Positions 1 through 14,814 of a DNA stretch of 64,000 nt are shown here, piece after piece; position 1 is the first letter of the stretch, and every line of letters starts with the position of its first letter. A program made the position numbers and the translations under genes. Under the pieces are notes generated by a model. It had not been told where the DNA came from and made no database searches. It saw nothing but the letters and a program-made list of their open reading frames with translations. The stretch comes from Paramecium tetraurelia (lineage: Eukaryota). The DNA lies in NCBI GenBank assembly GCA_000165425.1, contig CT867989.1, positions 1 to 64,000 of the forward strand, given 5' to 3'.

Positions 1-59
1 ACATAAGAATTTTTTCCTTATTACAGATTTAAATAGGTTAATGTAAAATATTTATTAAG

Positions 60-392
60 TATATACCAATTTCGTCACCTATTTAATCGCCAATATCAAC
101 ACTAATTTCAACGACTATTTTAACGCCTACTTCATCAAGTATTTCATCGCCAATATCAGTTCCAAATTATACACCTATGTCATACAAATTTCATCACCTA
201 TTTCATCTCCAAAATCAACACCAATTAAATGCCTATTTCATAATCAATATCATCGCCTATTTCATCGCAAATATTAACACTAATTTCACCGCATATTTCA
301 TAACAAATTCATCACCTATATCAACACAAAATTAAACGCCAATTTCAACGCCTATTTCATCGCCAATTACATCACCTATGCCAATCCCTATA
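60..392. repeat. Degenerate ~12-bp tandem repeat (units like cctatttcatcg / ccaatatcaaca); reads SPIS/TPIS on + or IGDE/IGVE on -, broken by indels
   Basis: Visible 12-nt periodicity of cc(t/a)at(t/a)tca(t/a)c over ~330 bp. Confidence 0.7.
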
Positions 393-2419
393 GGGGTTCG
401 TCAATTTTACAATTTTTGTAACGGCCACGACCATATTACTGGCTTCTTATAGAGACAGTCTTATGCCAGTCCTGACCAAACCCATTCTATGGGTTTATCA
501 CCAACTAGACTTACCTAATAATCTTAGACGGTTCAGATTTTTTCAAAGGTATTCTGAGTAAATTATGAAACCTCATAAAACAATGATGTCCTCATGTCAG
601 AATTCTTATGCAAAATGGTGATCTCAACAATAAGTAGTAATCATGGCCTACATCGAATAGATATTTTGAGCTTGCTTGACTAAACAGTGTCTGATAATAA
701 TTATTAATTTCTATATCATCCTTAGTACAATTTAGGCAATATCAAATGCCACTTGTTTGTAACTATATTTTTCTACACCTGTACGTATCGCTCTATCCAT
801 CTTTTTAATTTAGCTACTATAAGAATCGGCTAAGAAGAAGGCTTCATGGTTAATTGTTCTTTAAGCTCACTAGAATTAATTGTATATATGCATATTCATG
901 CTAATTCATTTAGCTTATGTTATCAATTTCAATTGCAAATTAATATTGATCTCTTCAATGTCACTTTGTTCCAATATTCTATGTAATGAGTTGCGTAAAA
1001 AGTGCCAATTCTCCATATATGATAAAATTCAAAACGAGCTTTATATTGCACTCTTTTGTAAGTGAAGGTAGATGTAAATTTGTTGGAAGCCCGACCTTTT
1101 ACTACAGTTCACCATGTAATCGAAATACTTATTGTAGAAAAGGGTATAAGATATTCTGACATCATAATTTATTCATCTCCTTTGTGTTTAGGCCTCTAAA
1201 TACTGTCCTTAATACATCATTGATATTTCATTTATGAGTATTTGCCATTTGGAATAGTTTGTAAATACTACTTACATTTTTATGCCACATGCCAAATTCA
1301 GTTGATTATACTTATTGTTGACTTCATTATCCTCTTTAGTTAATGCTATTAATTGTAGTAATTGCATGTTTCTACCTTGTCAATTTTACATAGCCCGAAA
1401 CTAATTAATTATAGCAAAAGAAATACTTTCTATCATGATAATACAACCACCATTTTGTAATTTTTGATATTGGTTTGATTAAACTTGCGATCCATTCAGA
1501 AAATGATACATTCAATAAGAAAAATATTGACCTCTAGAGAATTACTGTTCCATACACTCTAAGAGTACTATTTCTTTCTCTTTTCCTCAAGGCTCCTATT
1601 TATAATCTCCATCATGATCAAAATATTAGTTGTATCTTGAACACTTATTGTTCATATAAAATGTTGATTTTCATGATTTAATTTTGGAGCGATATCAAGC
1701 ATACTATGTGTAAATGGAGATAGACACAGGAAAGGAATGAACATATGCAAGCAGAATACTGTCCAAGCAACAAACACTTCATATAGTGAGGTAGCCGAAG
1801 AATTAATTTCAGTTACAAAAATTGCTTTATACACAAAAAATTAGTTGAATTTAGAGAAAATGAATTATATTATTTTGAACAAATTTTTCAAGCCGTGTAT
1901 CTATTTATAAATATAACTTAAGTATGTTTGGATATTGCGAGGATTCATATTTAACTTAGAGAAGAAGTAACCAGATCAGCATTACTAAAAGCACTGGATA
2001 AAAACGATAGTGATCAAATATATGATGAATCAATACTAGGAGTATAAAAACCAAATGAATTAGTACACATTAAGTGCAATATAAAAACACCAAGAGTAAA
2101 TCCAAAGTGGCAACAGTATATGTTGAATAATTATCAGAATCTGTTAGAAAAAGGTCTAAGGATAGTAGTTCAGAAATTTTGTTTGCTAAGCTGATTTGTA
2201 GCAGCTCAAGAATATTTCTATTAATATCAAGTACATGTAGGACATTTGTCACAGCTAGGATGGTTACTAGGACATTTAAAATTTATTGCTATTGCGAATA
2301 TAGTAACATTAAAAGATTTTAATAAAATAATTCTGATTGCAAGGAAATTATAAGAAACATGAGATCAAATAAATCTACACCTTAGTTTGGAGGCCTTTTA
2401 AATGTACAAAATAAGTAAA

Positions 2420-2510
2420 AATTTTGTAAGATGAATTGAACTGAGAGACAATTCCATACCATAACTAAGCAAGAAGATCGAATAGGAATGAAAAAAAGAA
2501 CGATTTATAT
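2420..2510 (+). pseudogene. 3' remnant of a copy of the geminin-like gene at 53927-54329
   Basis: gatgaattgaactgagagacaattccatacc...aagatcgaatag aligns with the reverse complement of 53930-54010, with indels. Confidence 0.7.
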
Positions 2511-2712
2511 TTTGTTATTATTTTGTAATGCTTTTATCAAAATATAAAAAAGTACAGAAGTATTTGAAAAAGTAGTGTGTTTTTTGAATAAATTGTGATT
2601 TATTAGGTTATAATTTATTTTAATAAAAATCAAAACTTAATGGTTTCAAAATAAGAAAAGTATAATAAGAAATTTATATAATGAATTTATAGATATTTAT
2701 GATTTATGAAAT

Positions 2713-4630
2713 TCATTTTTCTTCTAAGGCATATTTTTTAAGGATTGGTGGGACTGATTTGGGACCTCCTTCGTTTCTATTTTATTCAACATCAACAATC
2801 AAACAGAACATTATAGTATCAACTCCATATCCATATAAACTCATGAAAATAGAACCAATAAAACCGGAAATAACGGCAACGAACTAAAATATTGACTATT
2901 ATTAGTATTACTAAAGTGGGAACAAATGGATCCAAAATATTGGTTTTATCCTTAACAGTAAAGTAACAAAGTGTGGCTGAAGTTGCTCCAATAAAAATAA
3001 TTCCCAAATATTGAAAAATCTCGCCCACTAAGTTAGAATTTAAATAGTTCATACATCCTTGAGTGATGGTCATACGAGTAGAATTTCTAAAATCAAGATA
3101 GAAGGCATCAACTGCAGAACGGCAAAAGTCATTTCCTGTTAATACAATTATTGTATAAGCATTTTTATCCAAAAACTTAATTACCTGATCAAAACAACGA
3201 GCGCACAATGCTGTGTATAAATAACAAAAACATATAAATGGAATATGTTTATTAATTTTAATCATACATTTATAAAAGTACTAATTTACTAAAATTTAAA
3301 TTACACAGCACTACGATATGATGAATTTAATCAACCACATAAAAGATAAAATAACTCCGCCATATAAAAGACTACCTAAATTTTTTGTGAGTCCATTACG
3401 AAAACCTTTTTTAATAGTACCTTTTCTTGAACAACCTTAATGACTATAATACCAATAGCAACAACAAGTACAGATAACAAATTGAGTTAGCGCGTTTAAA
3501 AAACAAACATTCCAACCCATCCCAAATAAATATAAGGCTATTTACCAAAAGGTTTTTATATCCATATATAATATAACATAAGGGTTATTCTGAGTTTTAT
3601 TTTCATTGCTGGTAGCTGAAAAAATGAGAGCTGAGAATACTACCCAGTAGGCCATTACTCCAATTATTATAAATTACATAAACACTGGAACAAAAATAAT
3701 CTACCACTCCGATCTAATAAAATCACTAGCTGCTTCCAGTATAATAATGGCTTGTTTGATTTTTTTAGCAAAATAGATCACTAAAATAAGTCCTGCTATT
3801 CCTAGAGCTAGAATCACATAAGCAGTTAATTTTAGAGATTTAGAAACTTTCTCATCTTTAACCCCTCCATTGTAGCCTATAGCTTAGAGATAACACGCTC
3901 CCCCAGCCCAAGCTAAAATCGAGATAATTAAAACAACCATTCCCCAAACTACACATCCTGCTGCAAATCTAGCCAAAAGTAGAACTATGGCAGAAATAAT
4001 AAATGCGATTCCAGCACAAACCAAAATTATAGGCCATGTCTCTTGAATGTCTGCATAATATAGCTAACTATCGCCGAAATAATTTATTTTGCTCACCATT
4101 TTTTGATATATTGGGTTTTCACTTTCAGGAGGGACACACAAAGTAAAAAATTATTTGGCGGAATAAGGTGCTGGCTTTGCAGAACATTGATAGCAAGGAA
4201 GTTCTAAACCAACTTCACTTATTCCAGGACAATGAGAAACACAATAATACTCTAATTCACTTAATATATAAACATTTGGATAGTCTTTGGTAACACCACT
4301 TCCACATTATCGTTACATCTAAAATTAATGTTATAATATACACAATCGTAGGGCATATATATGTCATAAATATTTCCTTTCCCCCATGCTGTTATTGCAC
4401 AATAGATCATCAAGACCCATATTACAAAATATAGAATAATCCAATTTATGTTTTTGAATTCTCTTATTTCAATAGGTCCATTTTTCAATTCTTTAGTCAA
4501 TTTTCTACCTAAAATAATTTTTAATTGATGTACCTGTAAAATTGACATCTTGTTCAGGATATTCATATTCTTCCTGTACTTGTACACGCACATTACTGGA
4601 TTATTTTTCGAGGAATGCGTCTGTTATCAT
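2713..4630 (-). CDS. Choline transporter-like (CTL/SLC44) membrane protein, copy 1
   Basis: MITDAFLEKQ...GRKLTKELKNGPIE, many TM segments, FLDKNAYTIIVLTGNDFCRSAVDAFYL, GVDTIMFCLIVDVE; short GT-AG introns; TGA at 2713-2715. Confidence 0.9.
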
Positions 4631-4779
4631 TTAGGAATAAACACAAATATAATAATAATTTGATAGAATGTTATCACTTACAGGTTATATCGAAATGTTA
4701 ATGAATTATGAATTAATAGAAAATTTTCATTAATTGATTATATTAAAAAGTTATGATATAACGAAAAGGGAGCAGTCTA

Positions 4780-5250
4780 CATTAAATTTTTCTGGAATAA
4801 ATATCTCATCAGCCTGTGTAAATACAATTTGCAGTTTTCTGTCACTTTCTTAATAAATTTGTGATCATTGAAATAACATCTATAAAAATTCCTGATTTCC
4901 TACCCAGCAAGGGTGTTTTACAAAGCCAATTTGAGTAGTTTGTATTCAATCTCAAAGGGTTGGATTAGATAAAAGTTGAATAAGCTCAACTTAGAAGGAA
5001 AACAACTTTTCTGACAATTTGAGTGAACAAAAATTATGTAAGGACAACAGACAAAGATATATGGTATTAAGTCCCATAAGTGTATTATCAATCAACTCTT
5101 TGAATTCATTATCAAGATTATTGGGCAATTAATTGACTATATACGATTAGTTACAATAATACATTTCTGAAAGGTTACATAACAGATCCTTCAGAGGGCA
5201 AGTCTGCAACGAAAAGACTCTTCAATAATTACATGCCATCAGAATTATTA
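4780..5250 (-). pseudogene. Frameshifted paralogue of the small membrane protein gene at 51013-51576
   Basis: NLDNEFKELIDNTLMGLNTIY then a 1-nt deletion relative to the intact copy; further indels. Confidence 0.75.
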
Positions 5251-5344
5251 TGAATCAAAATTATTAAAATTAAATGATTATCAAGATTGATAAATTCATA
5301 TCTTCATGCTTATTCATTAACAGATGAGAAAATTTGTATATTGA

Positions 5345-6990
5345 TTCATTTAAATACTTTTTTAAAATAGATAGTAAATTCTTCTTTGGATTAGAGAATT
5401 ACTTTTGATGGTGAGGCATCCTTTCCTTTTATAATAATATCATTAACATCTGGATATTTATCATTAAGTGTAAGAAAGTCAACTAGTTACTAGCAATTAG
5501 GATGAATTATCATTTGATTGGTCGTGAAATCCTCAAGTTACAAAATAACTCATCTCTTTATAATTTTCAGAACAATTGTGATGATTATTGTATTGATTGG
5601 AACTTAACAATCTCCTTAGCCTTGATCATACTAGTAGATAGCCTTCGAATGAACTAAGCTATCTGTACTTTAAACAACCAGACAATATCAAGGTCTTCAA
5701 TGAACTTTTATCTTAAATTAGGCAATAGTACTCAAACATACTTTTTTATAAAAACCATTAATTCTCATATCTCTCCACATATTTTGATTAAATCTAAACC
5801 TTGGAGATAGATCATTCATCACAATTGTGATATTGATGCTGCAAGAGACATAGTTATGATCCCCCTTTTTCTACCTTTAATAAAAAAAGATATTTACTAA
5901 AGCAGGTATTTGAATTATTAGGCATTCTACTCACTTGGCTGTATACTGGCCGTGTGAATGTTGACTAAAAGAACAGAGCTCCAAAAAGAAGATATTACAT
6001 GGTTTGCTTGATATAATCAATTTTTGGAAATACCCTACATTATAAGGAACTCTAAATAATTATTAAATATTTAGTCGAGCACCACGATTTAGGTATTTTC
6101 TTGTTCTATAATTGGACACTGTAATACTGTTCCTGGGTTTAAGTGCATTCAAAATTGATCTATAAGAACATTTGGCATCCATAAATTATGAAGTTTTTAA
6201 ATTGATCAATTGAATGACCTATTTGATATTCCTTCTAAAGAGTTGGTTTATTATTTACTAATTTAATATGAATGAGCATGGTATTTGCTCACCATATTCC
6301 TAATAAATAGTAATTAGTCTGTGCATTTAATTAGAACTTTATAAATTTTAATCTGCAAACCTTAGTTTTTATTTATGACATATACTTCTTGGAGCATATG
6401 ATGTNNNNNNNNNNNNNNNNNNNNNNNNNNNNNNNNNNNNNNNNNNNNNNNNNNNNNNNNNNNNNNNNNNNNNNNNNNNNNNNNNNNNNNNNNNNNNNNN
6501 NNNNNNNNNNNNNNNNNNNNNNNNNNNNNNNNNNNNNNNNNNNNNNNNNNNNNNAGCATATGATGTGGTTGAATAAATGCATTACGATCCAAACTTACTG
6601 TACGCCTATAATCTCTCCATTGGGACAATTAGTCTAGCGATCTTTGGTCTATATTAGATTGTGTTACCAAATTTATATCATCTATTTTGATTATGTTATT
6701 GTGGAATAGGAATGGGAGCAGCCTAATTATGTATTTTTATTCTTTAAATGGACCATTATGATTTTATTGATAGTGCAAACAATAAAGAAGCATAAAATCA
6801 AGGTTTAAATAACTGAGTATGGTTCAAAACTTTTTGTCTGCAGATTGCCCTTTTAGGGATTGAATTGGAAATTTTAATGGAGGAATATTTATAGGCTGTG
6901 GAGAGCCTTATTTGCAATATCTTGTTATATTAAAACAAGTCATATTGGTTAGGAATAATAGGGAGTAGAAATGCTAATCCTCATTCATAG
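5345..6990 (-). pseudogene. Decayed gene of unknown function spanning the first N gap; 3' end homologous to 50750-50921
   Basis: HPNCQQLVDFLTLNDKYPDVNDIIIKGK vs HPYCLQMLDYLTLNDKYLDVDNITLKGK; several TGA stops and frameshifts; boundaries approximate. Confidence 0.45.
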
Positions 6991-7285
6991 ATTTTGTGTA
7001 TATAAATTGAGTTTAATTTGGTTTATTAGATGTAATATAATTTGGTTTAAATGTAATTTATTATTATTTATTTAGTTTAATTTTAATCTATATTTAACTC
7101 TAAAGCATATTATTGATATTTATAATTATGTTCAAACTATCCAATCTTGAGATATTTTAATGTTTAAAACTTATTATAGTGATACTATTTTTTAAATTAC
7201 TGAGTTATTACATTATTTATAATAGAGCAAAGTTGAAATTGTGATTAAAATAAATTAACAAATTTAATTATAAACTAAATTTAGA

Positions 7286-10200
7286 ATGTTCTTGGTAATT
7301 TATTTTATGCTTCTCTTTTGAGTTTGAAATATCTAAATTTAAATTTTTAGATCTAAGCTAAATATTGAATCACCTATAATTAGCTTTAATTTATATTCAT
7401 CTCAATGGAAACTCTCTATATAAACAAATTAACGAATTTTCAAAAATATAATTATTTTATGCAACATTAGTGTTTGATATAATTCTTCATTATAACAGAG
7501 GTGCTAGGAATGGCTTGTAACTTTTCCCCTTTTTATTTTAAGTAGCTTGTGTTATAAAAACAAAAGGAATTTCATGTAATTATAATATCAAATAGGCTAA
7601 TTCAATTACTTTGAAATGCATGTGTCGAAACAAGGGTACAGACTTAGGATGCATTTCTAATTTAAATTAATAAGCTTGTATGCAATAATAAAGAAATATA
7701 TAATTAACTTAAAGGTTTTGGAATAAAAATGGCAAATAGGTGAAATGTAAGCTCAATATTAAAATAGGTTTTTTCAGAAAAAGGTTCATTGATGCAAACT
7801 AATTTCATTTAAAGAATTTGGATTGTGATTCAAACTTTTCTATTTATGCTTGTGTTAGTGTATATGGAAAAAATTGTGTTTGGACCAATAAGGGTCTGTG
7901 TTACAAATAGCAGTGAGATTATAAAGGGTGCTTAGATCCAAGATTTATAATTTATATTTTAATAAATACGTGATAGGTTTTATTAACGGTTATTAAAATG
8001 GATATTTTTATTAGACAGTAATGTAAGTTAGACATTAAAAGTATTATTTGATTGACATTAAATGAGAAGTTATGCAATCGAATGTATCAGATTAACAGCT
8101 TTAATAGTTTACTTGTGATACTCCTGGGCTTAATAAGGATGCTTGCGTTGCTATACAAACAAAAGGATAAAGATGTAATTAAAACAATATATTAGACATT
8201 ATTATAAATAACATATTGAATAAATGAGATTGTTTTTTTTATCTGCAAAGACTTTTAAATAGAAGATGAAATAAGCCGCTTAATCTAATTAGATAAGGAA
8301 GCATGCCTTAGTATTTCCAATCCAGCATTATTATGTGTTTGGAATAATCTTGTTTGTGAAAACAATTTTGAAATTTAAAACAATTTAAACCCCAGTCATT
8401 AATGTTTATCCCCAAATTCAAATTTAAGCAGGCATGCTCAACAAAAGGACTTAATGAAACTGGTTGCTCAAGAATTAAAAATGTATTTATAGAGTTAATT
8501 CTAAGCAATTTTATAGTGTTTTTATGATAAACAAGAAATAATACAATGTTTCATTAATATTGAACCAAAAATAATTATTTAGGTACAGTTAAACCTAAAT
8601 TGGTTGATTTTTATTTATATAAGCAGGGATGGTTGCTCGGAATTTGAAGAAGTTCAATTAAATAAGCCATAAAGCCAATGTTTATGCAGCATTCTTATGA
8701 ATTATTCGGCCTAATAAAGATCCAACATTGCTAACAAAGCAAGTAGATCCCTCAGAGCAGTCAAAGTTTTCTACAATTTTAAAAAATACAAATGCTCATC
8801 GATGAATCAACATTCATGTTTGATTATGATTGGTCTCCTACTTAGCAATTTTTTTGGACGGATTTGTGTTTACATAGATTAATCTTAGCGACTATTCTAA
8901 ATTTACTGTTGGGGACGGAATTAAAATAATCAATAAAATGGATGCTAAGCAATTAAGAAGATTAAAATAAAAACGTTTATCACTAATACTCTAAATTTGT
9001 TTTAGGCAATACTTGATTTCCATATGCTGTTGTATTTGTTAATTATGAAACTGAAGGAATTAACTCCAATGTTGGTTTGGGACAATCTACTTTTTATTGT
9101 AAATGGGACAAATTAATTTATAATGTGTCCCCATTGATTACTTATCATTATACTCTTTCAATGAATATCAAAATAAGAAAGCTTGTATTAGCAATCCTTA
9201 TCCCAGCGTGACTTCCTTACATCTACTGATAAATGTATATCTAGCCCTCAAGATATAAATTGTTCAGATTTTAACGTAGGTTAACCTTATTAGGGATTTT
9301 TGAATTAAAAGCCTGTTAAAACGTCAATGAAGGTGGGTAAATTTGTGAATATATACCTGATACAAACAAATGCCAAACTCTAAATAAAGCTCAATAGCAA
9401 AATTGTGAATTATCTGATATTAATTCAAATGGGTGCTATTATATTACGGTTCTTGCTATTCTTAATGAATATTATTAAAAGAAATGGGATAAAATTTAAA
9501 ATATACACTTTAACCATAATACTCATTGTAGATGGGATCCCATAAATTTGAATTGCTATGAAAAAGGTAGATGCCGTATACAATTTATAATGCAATTTGA
9601 AAATTAATAAATAATTATGTTTATCTTAATTTTTTGAATGGTCAATTTCTGATATGAAATGCTCATAAGTTGAATAACTGGGGATCTTTAAAAGTGACAC
9701 CTATTATGCATAAGGCTGTACGAACTTAAAAGGGAAATGCATATTATCTTAAATCTGCTAATAACAACGCTATAATCTAATGTAATTTTTAACTACTTTT
9801 GATAATAAATGCACAGATTATATAATGAATAAACAGGCTTGTTTATTAAACATTAGAGGGCATAAATGTTTCTTCGATCCAAATCAATATCCAGAGAACA
9901 AATGCTAAGAATACAAAGAAGAATAAATAGTTTGTTCCTCCTTAACCTAAATTAATATAGAAATATGCATGAATTATTACTACATAATGTTTCTTTAAAG
10001 AATCTTCCTTAGGCTGTAAATCGACTAAGGTTTACCATGCTTATGGTTAAATGGTGCTTGTTAACTCTTTTAAGCAGTTTCACCTGATACTTGTTCGAAG
10101 GCTGGAGATTAAAGATCTAAAAATGTTTGTCTAAGTATTTCAGGAAAGGATAATTTTGTCAACATCAAGATTTTAATTCTTCAACACAAAGGAAATTATA

Positions 10201-10900
10201 AGGCTGAAAATTGTCTAAACAATATAAATAAATTATAGTGCAATTTCTTAATAAACCAGTTCTTGCACACATAAAATACTGTTCAAAAAGAATTTTAATA
10301 AGTCTGGATATCTTTTAGATCATATAAAAATTTGAAACTCCCAACACTTATGATTGCAATATAGCTTTTAGTTATAAATCATGCTTACCAATTACAAAAT
10401 ATGTTCAACTAAATAATTATAATACTATCTAATTAATTTCTATGTTATCTTAATAAGTAAATAATTTATTTCCAATGCACTATCAAATATTTCAAAGATT
10501 ATATTAGTAATATAAATCTTTTAGAATTTGGATCTTAAGATCTCAAATTTCAAGAATGTTTTGGTTCAAACTCAATTCTTCAAATTTACAATTAAAATAA
10601 TTTTATTGGATAAGGTAAACCGCATCTCAGAATAATTTACATCTTTACCTATTTTAGCAATCTCTATTTTGATGCACTAATAACTCTAGCTTAATGTTGC
10701 AATGGCGAGGTTAATTCCTTCTTCAAGTAAGTTATTTCCTTATGATCTAATTTTTCAAATAAATAAGGAAGATTCTAGCTTATTCAACTCTGTTTTCTTT
10801 CTAACCAAAGTAAAAATATTGCCAAATTATTCTTCTGCCTTTTGTCATTAAGTTCATTAGGTTAATTACAACCTGTAGGAAATAATAGAAAGTATATTTT
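7286..10900 (+). pseudogene. Large cysteine-periodic surface-protein-like pseudogene
   Basis: Recurrent motifs CDTPGLNKDACVAI, DKEACLSI, CSTKGLNETGCSRI, NKQACLLNIRGHKCFFD spread over several frames with TGA stops; boundaries approximate. Confidence 0.6.
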
Positions 10901-11242
10901 TTTAATACTACTTTTGCAATGAGGCGAAAATTGAGATTGTATATTCTAATTCTTTTGGTTCACTGTGCTTGGTATTCATGATTTTAATGATATTAAATTT
11001 TTTCCATTACCAATAATTGATCAAATCATTCAAATCAATAATCTATTATTATTAAGTAAAAAATTCGACTTATGCATGACTCATTATTCATTTATCGAAA
11101 TCCATATAGAAAAATGTTCAATTGATTTCCAATATTCTTGGTTACTTCGAAAATAAATTAACTCCAAATTTATACAAGTCTGCTTTACTAATTATATAAA
11201 TAATATACGTCATAAAATAATAGAAATTTATTATTAAAAAAA

Positions 11243-14200
11243 ATGGATGGCTCTTGTGAATAGAAAGAGGATCTTGAAGAACTATTCATCTAAGTTAAAA
11301 ATGTAGATGAAAAAATCTTTAGTGCCTTAGTTGAAATGTTTAGACAAGAGGATATTTAAGAGTATCTTTCAGATGATCAATAGAAAAATCACGGCGATTA
11401 ATATTTTTTATAGGGTTTGAATTTAACATAAATAGAAAGAGAATAGTAGTTGAACAATTTCAAAAATAGCTTTCAAAAAGTTTTTAATGTGATTTAAAAA
11501 ATAAAAAGTCACGACTTTAACAAAAATGACTATTCCAATTAAGAAAATTTTGAATGTAGATAAAATCTAATTAAAAAAATAAATGATGATAAGTAGATCA
11601 TAGAACTTTTGAAACTTTTAGTTTAACTTACAGCCAAAGATGAAAAATTAATATAATGTGGATCAAATTCGCTAAACTTATTAGTTGAGATGAAGGTGGA
11701 TCTGGTTAAATAATCACTTGAAAAAATAAGAATTAGGAATACATCTCTAATCGGAGGAAGCTTCGTCAGATGCAATTTGAGTGAATCTGAATTCGAGAAT
11801 GTAGATATAAGTGGGGTGAATTTAAATGGAGCATTATTATACAATTGCAAATGGAAAAACATGAAAATACATGAATTAAATAAATTAGATGGTCATAGTC
11901 AATAAGTCTTATCAGTATGTTTTTCACCTGATGGTAATACTTTGGTCTCCGGTAGTTAAGATAATTCAATCCGATTATGGAATGTTAAGACAGGAGAATA
12001 AAAATCCAAATTGGATGGTCATACTAATAATGTTAATACAGTATGTTTCTCTCCTGATGGTAGTATAGTATCATCAGGGAGTGATGATCAATCTATCCGT
12101 TTATGGGATATTAAGTCAGGGCTATAAATATTTAGATTGTATGGTCATAGAGATAGGGTCATATCAATATGTTTTTCTTCTGATGGTCGTACATTAGCGT
12201 CTAGTAGTCATGACAGAACTGTCTGTTTATGGGATGTTAAAACAAGAAAAAAAAAACTAATATTAGAAGGGCATAGTGATAGTGTACTCGCAGTAAGCTT
12301 TTCTCCTGATGGTACTATTTTAGCAACTGGTAGTGAAGATTTCTCCATTTGTTTATGGGAAGTCATGACAGGACTATAAAAGTCAATATTAATAGGTCAT
12401 GATTATGCTGTCTATTCGGTATGCTTCTCCCCTGATGGAACGACAATAGCTTCTGGCAGTTAAGATAATTCGATCTGTTTATGGGATGTTAAGACAGGAC
12501 AATAAAAATCCAAATTGAATGGTCATGATCGTATTGTCGGTACTGTTTGCTTTTCTCCTGATGGTAGTATATTAGCATCTGGTAGCGATGATAGGTTAAT
12601 CTGTTTATGGGATGTTTAAACAGGAGAGTAAAAATCAAAATTAGTAGGCCATGGTAATTGTGTAAGTTCAGCATGTTTTTCTCCTAATGGTACTATATTA
12701 GCATCTGGCAGTTATGATAATTCTATTATATTATGGGATGTTAAGATAGGATTATAAAAACACAATTTAGATGGTCCAAATGATGCAGTTCTATCTGTAT
12801 GCTTCTCTCCTGATGCTACTTCATTAGCATCTGGTTGTTCAGATAGCTCTATCCATTTGTGGGATGCTAAAACAGGACGATAAAAATTAAAATTGAATGG
12901 TCATAATAATGTAGTAATGTCAGTATGCTTTTCTCCTGATGGCTAGACTTTAGCATCTGGCGGTGGTGATAACTCTATTCGTTTATGGGATGTTAAGAGT
13001 GGATAATAAATATCTAAATTAGATGGTCATAGCGAATGGATTCAATCAGTGCGCTTCTCCCCTGACGGTACTTTATTAGCATCAAGTAGTAATGATTTCT
13101 CTATCCTTTTATGGGATGTTAAGACAGGATAATAATATTCTTAATTATACGGTCATTAATAATGGGTTCAAACAATATGTTTTTCTCCTGATGGTACCAC
13201 ATTAGCATCTTGTAGTGGAGATAAATCCATCCGTTTATGGAATGTTAAGACAGGAAAATAAAAATCCAAATTATATGGTCATAGTAGTTTTGTATAAACC
13301 ATATGCTTCTCTTTTGATGGTACAACATTAGCATCTGGTGGTAATGATAACGCTGTCTTCTTATGGGATGTGAAAACTGAGCAATTAATATACGATTTGA
13401 TTGGTCATAATCGAGGAATCCTATCAGTATGCTTCTCTCCATATAATACTTTATTGGTATCTGGGGGTTAAGATAACTTTATTTTATTATGGGATGTTAA
13501 GACAGGGCAATAAATATCCAAATTAGAATACCATAAAAGTACAGTCTATTAATTATGCTTTTCGCCTGATGGTACGACATTAGCATCATGTAGCCATGAT
13601 AAATCAATCAGGTTATATGATGTTGAGAAAGTGTTAAAATAACCAAAGTTCCATGGTCATAGTAGTGGAATATTATCAATATGCTTCTCACCCGATAGTG
13701 CTACAATAGCATCTGGCAGTGATGATAAGTCTATCCGTTTATGGGATGTTAGGACAGGATAATAAAAATTAAAGTTTGATGGTCATAGTAGAGGAGTCTT
13801 ATCTTTATGCTTTTCTCCTAAAGATAATATATTAGCTTCAGGTGGTAGAGATATGTCGATCTGTTTATGGGATGTTAAAACACAACAATTAAAGTACAAA
13901 CTGGATGGTCATACTAATTCAGTTTGGTCAGTATGCTTTTCTCCTGATGGAACTGCATTAGCATCTGGTAGTGTTGACAACTCTATCCGTTTATGGAATC
14001 TTAAAATACGACAATTAAAATTCAAATTGGATGGTCATACTGATTCAGTATGGTAAGTATGTTTTTCTCCAGATGGTACTACAATAGCGTCTAGTAGCAA
14101 AGATAAATCTATCCGATTATGGAATGTTAAGACAGGATAATAAAAATTCAAATTAAATGGTCATAGTAATTGTGTAAATTCAGTATGCTTCTCTCCTGAT

Positions 14201-14814
14201 GGTATTACATTAGCATCTGGTAGTGCGGATAATTCTATCCGTTTATGGAATGTTAGGACAGGACAACAAAAATAAATGTTAAATGGTCATAGTAATTAAA
14301 TCAATTCAGTATGCTTTTCACCTGATGGTTCTACATTAGCATCTGGTAGTTCAGATAATTCTATTGTTTTATGGAATGTTTAGACAGGACAATAACAATC
14401 ATAATTAAACGGTCATAGTGATTGTATCAATTCAATATGCTTCTCTTCAAATGGTACTACAATAGCATCTTGTAGTGATGATAAATCCATCCGTTTATGG
14501 AACTTTCAAACAAGAAGTGAAATAAAATCCTCTGATAATATATATAAAGATATTCAAGGATATATCAAAACTCCGCTTTTTTAATACAATCATTTCCTAG
14601 AAAAAGGTATTCTTATTTATTTTTTAATATTTTAGTAAATACTAATATCCCTATTCTACTGATATCTCAAACTCTAATATTTCAAATCCAAAGTGCTTTG
14701 ATTTTATAAGGAGAATTTTCTAATTATTTGGGTTTAGATCTCCTATCATTATTCAAATCCAAAGGGAGTTATATTTTAGATAATTAAATAGAATTAAATA
14801 AAACTAATAATTGA
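11243..14814 (+). CDS. Pentapeptide-repeat + 21x WD40 protein (Paramecium NWD-type family, no NACHT domain seen)
   Basis: MDGSCEQKED...[16 protein letters not shown], pentapeptide stretch, then 21 repeats [42 protein letters not shown]; one intron at ~14607-14635; TGA at 14812-14814. Confidence 0.93.
11880..14510 (+). repeat. Tandem array of 21 x 126-bp coding WD40 units
   Basis: GH-position codons at 11891, 12017, 12143 ... 14411, an exact 126-nt period. Confidence 0.93.

Noticed and set aside
400..1700. Minus-strand KPIEWVWSGL resembling the Tc1/IS630 NPIExxW motif
   Set aside because: No upstream catalytic Asp motifs, SPDL or terminal inverted repeats found; frames are broken
6393..6566. 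agcatatgatgt repeated on both sides of an N gap (TSD- or IES-like)
   Set aside because: Merging the overlap gives a continuous frame (AFIQPHHMLQEVY), so this is most simply an unmerged contig overlap
11880..14510. Regular repeat array as CRISPR-like
   Set aside because: Contiguous coding WD40 units with no spacers, in a eukaryote
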